A stretch of DNA of 36,121 nt from Catajapyx aquilonaris (lineage: Eukaryota). Under the pieces are notes generated by a model, which worked only from the letters and a program-made list of their open reading frames with translations, was not told where the DNA came from and searched no databases. This document shows, one piece after another, positions 24,638 to 34,657 of this stretch. The DNA is taken from the NCBI GenBank assembly GCA_000934665.2, contig JYFJ02003943.1:1-36121 (forward strand), in the 5' to 3' direction. How positions within the stretch are numbered: position 1 is the stretch's first letter; each line of letters opens with the position of its first letter. Both the position numbers and the translations under genes were made by a program.

Positions 24638-25432
24638 CTGTTGTTGTAATACATCAGTCGATCTTAAAATCTGGCCTACGTGGTGCGGGTTGGAATCTCC
24701 TTGGTGCAACAGTCGCCATTATTTGTCGGTGTTGGAAGTCCCATTGGGTGGGTGGGGATGGTTGGCACGCAACATCACTTCCTGTCAAGCAGTTAGCGAA
24801 TGGTGTCTGAGTGTGTCTGTGGCCCTCCCAGAAAATGTTTTTCCTGCTCTGATTTATGCAGAGGATAATGTGGGTTCTTTTGTTTGCTGCTGGCGGCGAG
24901 CGACGCCTCGCAGTAATGCGAGTGTTTATTTATTTCCACGTGCCTACTTCCCTCTTCTAACGTTTCGAAAGGGCTCCTCCGGGAGCCCTTTTGTTCTCTT
25001 TGGGAATCGAGCCGAATAGTTCCCGAGTGGCCCTCTCGCTCCCGGTCGCGGTCGCGACGCTCTCGTGCCGAAGGCGTCCCCTTGAGAGACTCCACGGGAC
25101 TCCCCTATAGCCCACAGGATTCTGCGTTTCTGGAATTGCAGATACCGATGGTTCTTCACAAGAAACATCGAAATGTCAGGGCCGCGTGTCGGATGCTTTT
25201 AGCTTGCTTGGAAAATTCCGGATGTTTCAGAATTGAACTCACACATCCGTGTCTTTATAGGTTTCCCCCAAAACTTCGACGCCTATTGCTTTCAGAGATT
25301 TAAAATGAAAATAAATATAATGAAATAAGTTATGTGAGTAATGAGATAAAACGCAAACATACACGACATAAATCGGTGATCTCGAGAAAAAATTAATATG
25401 AAGGGCCAAATCCCAAAAGTATCACTTATACT

Positions 25433-25435
<3 letters not shown>

Positions 25436-25497
<62 letters not shown>

Positions 25498-25744
25498 GGA
25501 TACCCGTGATAGGCCTACTTGGGCCTTTTTACGGGATCATTATTTATATTTAGCCTATCGACTAGAATCATCATTGACCGGATATGCCCCTTTGATGGAT
25601 TTTGATTGCGGGAGGAAACGGGAGAGCCCCGAGAAACCCCAAAGACTACTTTAATCATTGCTTGTCCTTTGATGGATTTTTATTGTGGGAGGAAACGAGA
25701 GAGCAACGAGAAACCCACACGAACACGGAGATTACTTATGGAAG
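25436..25744 (-). mobile_element. 5'-truncated V-domain-like SINE with (TTA)n tail and 15 bp target-site duplication
   Basis: Homologous to 11430-11658 (TACCCGTGATA...TTGGGC.TTTT.GGGATC; GATGGATTTT...GGGAGGAAACG). (TAA)21 at 25434-25496 forms the 3' tail. The direct repeat ATCACTTATACTGTA lies at 25421-25435 and 25745-25759. Confidence 0.85.
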
Positions 25745-26186
25745 ATCACTTATACTGTACAATATTGCATGATTACGATAGTCTCCTGTATTCATTTTTA
25801 TACTTTAATCTTTTATACTTTTATCTTTATACTGTACCTGGATGCGTGCACTCTATAGTGTAGTCGTCTGCCATATCCCTAGAAGTTTAGAATTACTGAG
25901 ATAATGACAACGCTGCAATCCATTTGCTGAATTATGAGCTACATATTTGGAAAATTCAAGTGGTACGTTACTAAAGGTTATATCTTAGAATCAATAATAT
26001 TGTGATAATTATGAAGAGTACCTGCACAATGGCCAGGCTTTCTTGCCTCTGTCATCTATCAGAGATTATGCAATGTCAATATCAGGCCTCTATTTCTATC
26101 CCGCAGTAGTATAATAATTATGTAGGAATAAATTTGTGAGATAACTACTGTCTTGCTTTGAAAGGAGGCACGTGTGGGAGTGAGCG

Positions 26187-26253
26187 CCACAGGAATGTTT
26201 GAACGCAGGTGTCCTCATAATATAGGACACCTGCGTTGCAAACATTCCCGTGG
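26187..26253. repeat. 67 nt hairpin-forming inverted repeat
   Basis: CCACAGGAATGTTTGAACGCAGGTGTCCT-CATAATAT-AGGACACCTGCGTTGCAAACATTCCCGTGG, with one bulge and one mismatch. Confidence 0.85.
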
Positions 26254-26600
26254 GCCGGAAGCGGAAGATAACTTAGGTAGACGATTGCTTCATCCTGTCA
26301 TATGCTACAGTATTTCATATCCTCTGGACAAATAAATTGCTATAATACTATTCATTTATTATTACTTATTATATACATATTGGCATGCATTCGGACAAGG
26401 ATTTAGCAATTATTTCCTTACCAAGTTACGTTCCGCACAATTGGTGGTATATTAGCAATATTTCTAATGGAATTACTGTATAACTTGCGTCTCCTCCTTC
26501 ATCTGTGACTATATACCCATTATACCCAGGGAAAACGTCGCGATGAAGTGTAATGATTAAAATCAATCTGGCCTCCACTTTAGTTTTGGTCATTTACCCA

Positions 26601-26647
26601 GACTGAAAGTGAAGGCAAGTCGGTTCGACTTGCCTTCACTTTCAGTC
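26601..26647. repeat. Perfect 22 bp-arm palindrome with a 3 nt loop
   Basis: GACTGAAAGTGAAGGCAAGTCG-GTT-CGACTTGCCTTCACTTTCAGTC. Confidence 0.92.
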
Positions 26648-29600
26648 CGCCATTAATCAAGCTGCTAAGGGACGTGATAAGTGGAGCGACCTTTATGTGA
26701 TGACGCCAGTCGGGGAATGCCCAGCTCTAAATTATTTGACGCCCCGCTTAGTTAATCAGCGTCGAAAACAAGTCTCGCCATGCCCTGATCTATACCTTGC
26801 AAGTTTAATGCAAACACTTTCGTCTCCAGTCAGTGTGTTAATCGACATAATTAATTCGGTCCCTGACCTCACCCAGGAGAAGTTGTTTTTCAATCTTCAT
26901 TAATTTTCAAGCTCATATAATTATAGACTATATAATTATACCGCAGACTATGATTTGAATATACTTTGAACAAACTAAATTTCGGCAGAAAGATTTGGTG
27001 TAATTAACTTAATACGTGTAGGGTAGATCAATCGTAGATATGTAACAGCACATACCTTAGTAGAATGACTACAAGACTATGTTATGCAATTTCATAGATT
27101 TTTGCAACATTTTCGCATTGCACCACTATAGGAAAGTGGGAGCAATGTTGAGCTGTACATGTTGAACGTCGCGCCGAGTCACTGGAAATACCAAGCAGCA
27201 ATAAAGGCGTCTCCTCTGTTTATCTCCTTCTCTGTTTCAAAGACGATATCTTTGGGGAAACACAGTAATCCTTTGTCGAAATAAACCGCGAGTAAAACTA
27301 GCACGCTATGAAACAACAGCCAGTAACGGCTTCTCGGTCAAGAGAAACAATTCCTCTGCAAAGTTGCGCAAAGATTTATTTCAGGAGCACCCTTCTCTCT
27401 TTCTCTATAGCTATATGGTTGTCGTGGGTGGCAACATCCATGCTTGTGAGAGTGTGAATAATAATCGTGTCTGAAGGAGCGGCAACAGGCCCTCAAATCG
27501 TAGGCACCATGCGCGCCGCCATTTTTATGAGCGTTTAATCGCATGCGGCCATCTCATCAAAACAGTGGCCGCAGTTGGGAAGTGGTCGCCGCCGCCTTTA
27601 AGAATCCGGTTCGTGTTTATTTTGATTGGACCCGAGCCACTCTCAGGCCCTGTTATACCATCTTATAACTCCTCTCTCAACCAGACAGGGTGATGTGATG
27701 GGGGGAGAAAATGTTCTTTTTTTCTTTTGAAAAGAGAGAGCAGGAGAGCTGTCGCCATTTTGTTGACTCGGGTTCACATTTGGCAAACGCCATTGGACGC
27801 ACCTGGCTTTATCTTAATTTATCTTCCGAAGTTTTCGGATAGGTGTGGAGGCCTAGTCTCACTTTGGGGTTATGTTGCTGCCGGTACACTCGATCGCTCA
27901 AGTTCTCATTAAGTACGTGGCGAAATCGTTTTTAATCAACTTATTTAAGTGTCAGATGATTTCACTCTAGAGAGTTAAGAAGCAACTCATTTTCTATATA
28001 ATTCGCATTTTCCACTTAAAATCGTGCACGTTTGGTATAATTTACTTCAATTATTTTTTATGATTATAGATTATGAACTGCGATTGTCACCCTTTCGATG
28101 TGTTTCAATTCACCATTCAACTTGATTAAGTGCCACTAAACGAAGCTATATACTCGAGCTTTTCCACCAACTCACATTAAGCAGAAAATATAAACCAGCA
28201 TGCACCTACATATTGATCGTGTATAACCTTTTCTAATTAATGAAATAGATGTTAATATAATTAAAACATATCGGGTTCAATCTTCCCTATAATTTAATAA
28301 AACTGGTCCTAAGTGCAAAAGTGCCATAAAGTGAACTGCTGTATATTTTATGTGAAAAATATGTACTCCTTACAATGCTGCATTTCGTCAACTTTATAAA
28401 AGTGTAAATTGACCGAGTGTGTACTACCATGCTGGCTGGTGTCAACATCCACGCAGGGACAATGTCCTGCGGGCCTGTCAGGATAACCTTACATAAACCT
28501 AGCCACCTTTTCCTCTGGGTGTGGGCGTGCAAGGGTAGTCCACTTCCGCAGTGCTTTTAGGGTCTGGCAGTATTATAAAGAGAAGGGCTGGAGACACCTG
28601 CCACTGGTTTGGAAGAGACCACCAGCAGGGCCGAAGAGGCCCTTAAAACCATACTCTCTCCTAGGGGGGATGACTGCCATTTGGTCCGTGCCAATCCCCA
28701 AATATTTTTTCTATCCATCCGCCTGCCTCCCAACCACATATCAACCAACTGGAGCCACTGCATATACACTTAAAATTTCCTGGACTTCCGACGACCTCCA
28801 GACAGTTTATTATTAATTATTAAGGATGTGTCCAGCCAAGCAAAAGTGTTGTGGCGGCTGCGGGGGAAGTGGAAACTGCCTTTTTCCTGAATGCAGAAAA
28901 GTTCAGACCTTGCGGAAGTGTATGCTGTCAAGGGTCCCCTGATATGATGGGTATATAACCGGCCGGGTGGGGCTGGAGGAAAAAGCTTTGGTTAATTTAG
29001 CAGTCATTTCATGACATGACATTGGATGTCGCCCCATTTCACTCCCAAGTCAAGGAATGTTGCTTCTTTCAGCTCTGCCAGCATCAAAGTTGGCAAGTTG
29101 AAGAAATACATGGAGCAGTTTATTTCTTCCGGAGGGTGAAGGTATCATCATCATTTACATATTTACACGTGCAGTTTTCGGACTTTTTTCCCCAATCAGC
29201 CTGATAATTCCAACAATCTCAGTAGTCCGGAAGTGGGTTAGGTAGCCCGGACATACGGACAAACTTTCTGCTTTATGTAAGATTTATTATGTGAAAGGAA
29301 TGTCCTGCATGCGACAAAAGGATGGCGTTATATTGAACATTTTATTTCAGGTATCGTTTCGCAGTCTCTGAGCAAATTATCTTTCCTTCAACACGGTCGT
29401 GAACGTAAAAATAATATTGCCTCCCGTGACAACATTTGAGACAGGGAGTAATGTTTTTTCTGGGTTTAAACGCCCGTGTAGGTTGCATAGAGACATGTTG
29501 GAACCGTCTCCAACAGTCGAGGGGGGAAGAGATTTGCTAAAAACGCACGGCAGACCTGCCCCGTCTTTCACATGAGGATTCAGACAAGCGTGAAATGAGG

Positions 29601-31256
29601 GCGTGTAATATTTTCCACCTGTTTGGCTCCTTCCCAATCGGAAATATGAAGACATGGACGCCCTGAAACGGCTCCTTGTCTGTGAAATCATTTTCACCGT
29701 CTGATGCCACCACTAAATGCTTCTGTTGGAGGATCAAGTGATGGACATGTATGCACGTAGATACTATTTTACAGGAGGATGAGCATAACGTGCAGAAATT
29801 TTTTTGCGGTTTAATTTTTCTCGACCTTGATATTTTGATAAGAATTGAGTAATGCATGGATTATCCGCTGCGTTATGCACGTTTGATCTCATTTATAATG
29901 TAATCGAGGGATGTGCGTTAAAAATGCATAGAGGCGTTATTACGTTGTCGTATAGACTATATCGTACATTGACAGGTCGTCATGTTGGAGTGTGCATTGT
30001 TCTGGAATAATTCCTTGGGTGCTATATGCAATTACTAACAATAATGACTTACACGCACTATATACTGTGTGAAGTTTTGATTAATTTATTTATTCGTGTT
30101 ACTCTATTATTGCTACTGAATCAACATTCGCTTTCTTTGGAGTGTATATTCATCGTTACGGCGGTTATGTTTTTTATTATTTAAAAAGCTGCTGTTTGGT
30201 TTCTAGTATAAAGATAGGATGTTCTGCTTTTCATTTTCTGAAACTGTATAGATCTTGGCCTTGTAGAATAAAATAATTATGTACAGTACCAATACTTACA
30301 AACGGATTCCAAAAGAATTGAACTTTTTGGCACCATGTTATGTAAATAGGATTGTATCATCAGTACTATACCTTCTCTACTGTGGAAATGCACGTGAAAA
30401 CCTGCTTGATTCTGGTTTAACGATTTTTCTTTCGCAAAGTTTTTAAATTAAAATCCGCAAGCAACATCAGTTTATTACAGGTTTCCACTCGGGTGTAATA
30501 AATTATTCTGCAGCGCAACTGTATTTGCACTTCCAATGCCATCGAGTTTTTATATTAAACCTAATATTTCACTTTGTATATACAAATTATAGTTGGTAGC
30601 GAAACATTTCCCAATGAACGATTTCTGGCTCATCATTCCCTCCATTTTACGCAAGTATACAACCACAGCAGAGATCTTTACTGCTTTCATTTTTTTAAAC
30701 ACACGTCATACAGCAGGGTTATCTTAATTCCGCCACAATTAATTGAGTAAGTATTCAGGTTGAATTTGCCATGACTCTGGCCCTGCTTATTTATTTCGTA
30801 AAGTATAGAAAGATTTTGCTATACAAGCCACGAAATACAATGTTGTTTTGCTTGCGGTTCGCTGGTTTATTTTACGTAATGGCAGGGTAATGGGGTCAGG
30901 TGACAATGGACGGATAACTTTGAAAATATGAAGAAATATGGCCATAAGATTGATGTTTGCAAAATAAACCACCCAACTTTTGTGTTGAATAAGTCATTGA
31001 ATTTGATCCAGATTTGATCTCTCTTGGCCCAGCTTGTCAGGTAAAGAAGTCGAAAAAAAAAGGCGGGAGCAGGGTGCACATGAGCCTGAGTTACCAGCAG
31101 AAGGAGCAGGAGCTATATTTTTGGATCACTGCCTGGAATGCGGTAGTTTTTTTTTTTAAATTAGTAAACATGAGGTTTAAATATTCTGAACCACGGGCGG
31201 AGTGAGGATTTAAATGAGAGAGTTAATTTAATTTTGGCCTGTCAATGCTGTTTCCC

Positions 31257-31347
31257 GTCACGTGATTAGCAAGATGGCGGATTTTTTTAGAACGTTTTAG
31301 AACGTGCGACACACAGAAGAAGCGAAGGAGCCTGATGGTCGCTGAAG
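31257..31347 (+). promoter_or_regulatory. Probable promoter and first non-coding exon of the LRR gene
   Basis: E-box GTCACGTGA (31257-31265) and YY1-type AAGATGGCGG (31271-31280), followed by a donor AAG|GTACAC after 31347. Further candidate UTR splice sites: acceptor 31855, GC donor CAG|GCAAGT after 31954, acceptor 32053. Confidence 0.5.
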
Positions 31348-32056
31348 GTACACATCTTCTTTCCAATCTGTTATAATTATCCGGATTAACTGTAATAATA
31401 AGAATAATAATAAATGCTACACTGACTTTGGCAACAAGCCAACAAGCTAATTTAGTTCCCTTTGTTCCTAGGGATAAATTATGTATTTTATTGTACTGTA
31501 CAATGTTGAGCAATGTTTTCACAACCAAAAGGTAGAGACCTGATGGTAATGCAGTACACAGTAAGTGTAGTAACCAAGCACAGCAATGACATTATAAGTG
31601 TGCTTTAGAGAAACCCGGAGAAACCTATCCCATGTACCAGTTTCTGTGATTTGACTCTTCGTCTCTGTTGCAGGTAACTCAATTTCAAATTTGGCTTGAA
31701 TCAGGTGCGGCACTAGTGTGTATCCTCGAGGGACAGATGGTGGGAGGGTAGAGAAGCACCTGTACCAAGGGAGACAACGGCTGGAATACTTCTCGTTCTG
31801 TTCCTTCGTCTCTTCGCCTTTGCTATTATCATGTCTCCACACCATCTGCACACAGGGGGAGGATCCTCTGACCTCTCACCAGGCCCTGTGACCTGCAGCA
31901 ACAACATTTGGAAGTGACTGGGTGGACACAAAAGCACGTATCTCCAAGTCTCAGGCAAGTCAATCCGGGCATAGACTCTGTCAGATCCACCTTGGCCAGT
32001 CGCATGTAGTTATTTTCAAAAAAGCATTCTGAATCATGTCATTCATCTTGCAGATC

Positions 32057-33544
32057 ATGCCAAGGAGAAGGCAACCTCCCACTCTCCGTGCCTCAAGCCT
32101 GCACGCTTTGGCCAACTTCATACTGGACTGGTGCAAAGAAACTGATGGAGAACAAGAAGAGGAGATCCATCAGTATGTTCAGGAGATCCCATATACATTT
32201 GCAAACGAATATGTCAATGAGGTCATTCAGCTGTATTCGAGAAGGAGGTATTACTTTGACATTACTAGTGCTTTTCATTCCAAGTGTACCATGATTAACG
32301 AAAGGGATGAATGGGACTTTTCCGGTTCGTCTGTGGAGATCGCGGAGGAGATCTTGTGGGGTCTTCATGTCATGAGAGATTTGATCAAAATTGGGATTGA
32401 GCTATGGCTAAGTGAGGAATGGAAAGATTATAACTTCCCCAAAATGACCAACCTGCTCTCAGTTAAGGTTTCATTAGGTGCCAATCCACAGGTCTTGGAA
32501 CAATTTATTGAAAACTGTCCAATCTTGGAAGATATTGAAATAGATGGTATCGGTATTGATGATGGAATGCAATCCACATTAGCACCTCTCTCGAACTGCA
32601 AGAATCTGAAGAGAATTTTTGTTTATGGCATGACTCCTGAAGTAGCAATATACCTGCTTGACCATCTTCCCAATTTGGAGGTATTGCACATGAAGACTGA
32701 TTGTATCGGGAAAGTTCTTCCACTGTGCACACGTGCTTATCGGTTGAAGGATTTTACAGATGAGCTGCATGTATGCGACATTGGTTCTGTGCAAAAGGTT
32801 GTGACCCATTTTCCATACCTTGAGAAGCTGACCCTTCTGGAAGAAAATGTGCATGTAAATTGGATTGGTGAACTAGTCTACCTGAAGAGCTTAACAATAT
32901 GTGACATGACATCTTTAAACCTTCTTTACCTGATGGACAAATGCATGTTTGGTCTGCAGCATTTAGAATTGTACCATGTTACTGGCCTTGATTATCTCTT
33001 CAGACAAAACATGAATGTGGCATACCCAAATCTCGAGTGTCTGACCCTAACTGTGTGCACTGGCATTAATGTGGCAGGAATCAGGCAGATTTTTCCAAAT
33101 CTAAAGTCTCTTTATCTATCTGGTGGTGAATACATTGCACATTCTCTTCCATTTAAAATGCCACATGCTGGATCTGAAGCACTAGAACAGTTGCATATTC
33201 GCGATGTGCCATTGCCACAAGTGAGGTGTCTCATTCCCTTCTGTAGCCAATTGAAGAGTCTTCATGTGTCAAACACATCTGTCGAATCCTGTGTTTACGA
33301 ACTTCTCTGTAATGCCAATCTGAAGGAGTTGCGTAAACTGCAGGTGCATGACGACAGAATGAAAAGGGAAGTGATTCCAATCATTTTGGATTCATGTGGA
33401 GAGTATTTGAAAAGGGTTCACTTGCGTGGTAGTGAGCTGATTCTTTCACCTGACCATATCCATGAATTGTCTAATCAGCTTCAGAAATATGATATGCATT
33501 TCTTTATCAATGATTCAAATGTATATGATCCTCACTTTATTTAA
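32057..33544 (+). CDS. Leucine-rich-repeat protein (RNI/FBXL-like repeats) with N-terminal BC-box/Cul2-box-like motif, about 495 aa, intronless CDS
   Basis: Longest ORF in the window, with repeated LxxLxL units (CPILEDIEI, CKNLKRIFV, LPNLEVLHM, FPYLEKLTL, YPNLECLTL, FPNLKSLYL, CSQLKSLHV). An acceptor TCTTGCAG| ending at 32053 makes ATG 32057 (MPRRRQPPTL) a more likely start than ATG 32036. Confidence 0.85.
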   Translation: MPRRRQPPTLRASSLHALANFILDWCKETDGEQEEEIHQYVQEIPYTFANEYVNEVIQLYSRRRYYFDITSAFHSKCTMINERDEWDFSGSSVEIAEEILWGLHVMRDLIKIGIELWLSEEWKDYNFPKMTNLLSVKVSLGANPQVLEQFIENCPILEDIEIDGIGIDDGMQSTLAPLSNCKNLKRIFVYGMTPEVAIYLLDHLPNLEVLHMKTDCIGKVLPLCTRAYRLKDFTDELHVCDIGSVQKVVTHFPYLEKLTLLEENVHVNWIGELVYLKSLTICDMTSLNLLYLMDKCMFGLQHLELYHVTGLDYLFRQNMNVAYPNLECLTLTVCTGINVAGIRQIFPNLKSLYLSGGEYIAHSLPFKMPHAGSEALEQLHIRDVPLPQVRCLIPFCSQLKSLHVSNTSVESCVYELLCNANLKELRKLQVHDDRMKREVIPIILDSCGEYLKRVHLRGSELILSPDHIHELSNQLQKYDMHFFINDSNVYDPHFI

Positions 33545-33651
33545 CTGGATTTAAATGATGGGAACCTGAGATATAATAATTGCAGTGTCAGTGAACTTCA
33601 ACAATACAAATGCAGCTGTACAGTGTATTCCAGGTATTGGGGTCCTTTTTG

Positions 33652-34617
33652 CAGGGTTGTGAACCGAACCGAACCCTTGCTCCATGAACCCGATAACATC
33701 GGAGCCACTCCGGAGAAGTAGAGCCGGGTCCGGAGCGAGCGTCGGAACTTGGTTCGGGGGAGAGTGGAGCCAAGGTCGCAGTGGGTCCGGACTTCGGCTG
33801 GGAGCCTGCCAGCTTGCTCTGGAGCATGGTTTGGGCCAACGCCTCCGCAGTTGAACCAGGTTCCGGAGGGGGGTTCGGAGTGGTTCAGAGCTTGGTTAGG
33901 TCCAACATACCAACGCAACGAGGGGAAAGGCTGAAAAACTGCTGGATTTACTCCAGCATATGCATCATGTTTTCATGGTGCCAGAATGACATTTCCAAGC
34001 ACCTGCGATACAGAGTGTACCGCAAAATAATGTCGCATTTTTATGTCATCTGCATTTGTTGTATGTCACATTTTCATGTCATACCCATTTTTTGGATGTC
34101 ACATTTTCATGTCATACAGATTTGTTGTATGTCACGTTTTATGTCATACGCATTTTTTGTATGCTACAAAATGATATTGTAACATACAAAAAATCCATAT
34201 GCCATGAAAATGTGACATACAAAAAATGGGTATGACATATAATAACATACAAAAATGCGTATGACATAAAAATGTGACATTTGCGGTACACCCTGTATCG
34301 CGGGTGCTTGGAAATGTCATTCTGGCACCATGAAAACATGACATATGCTGGAGTAAATCCAGCGGTTTTTCTGCTTTCTCCCCCGTTGTGTTGGTATGTT
34401 GGACCTAACCAAGCTCTGAACCGCTCCGAACCCCTCTCCGGAACTGGGTTCAACTCCAGAGGCGTTGGGCTGAACCATGCTCCGGAGCAAGCTGGCAAGC
34501 TCCCAGCCAAACTCCAGACTCGCTCCGACCTTGGCTGCGCTCGGTCCGGACCCGGCTCTACTGCTCCGGAGTGGTTCCGATGGTATCGGGTTCACGGAGC
34601 AAGGGTTCGGTAACAAC
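33652..34617. mobile_element. Foldback-like long inverted-repeat element (~960 bp) with internal ~33 bp tandem repeats
   Basis: 33656 to ~34165 is the imperfect reverse complement of ~34180-34617, with almost no spacer. The inner parts are arrays of ATGTCACATTTTCATGTCATACxCATTTTTTGT-like units (4 forward, about 3 reverse). The left end reads CAGGGTTGTGAACCGAACCGAACC (hAT-like). Confidence 0.85.
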
Positions 34618-34657
34618 TAAAGCAACCTCTATAAACATGATATGGAGGTTGCTTTAG
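34617..34657. repeat. Small palindrome abutting the right end of the foldback element
   Basis: CTAAAGCAACCTCTATA-AACATGA-TATGGAGGTTGCTTTAG. Confidence 0.8.

Noticed and set aside
24968..24995. Rho-independent terminator or histone stem-loop
   Set aside because: The context is eukaryotic with no upstream gene, and the sequence does not match the histone stem-loop consensus.
29377..29730. Frameshifted THAP-domain relic on the minus strand (HVFIFP...KEPNRW...ISR / CVFSK...RLNP)
   Set aside because: The zinc-binding C2CH residues are missing and a frameshift is needed; only an HMM search with Pfam THAP could rescue it.
34030..34280. CRISPR-like array
   Set aside because: Contiguous degenerate tandem units without unique spacers, no cas genes, eukaryotic locus.
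33588..34616. Cluster of ORFs of 61-133 aa on both strands
   Set aside because: By-products of the GC-rich inverted repeat; the same peptides recur on opposite strands.
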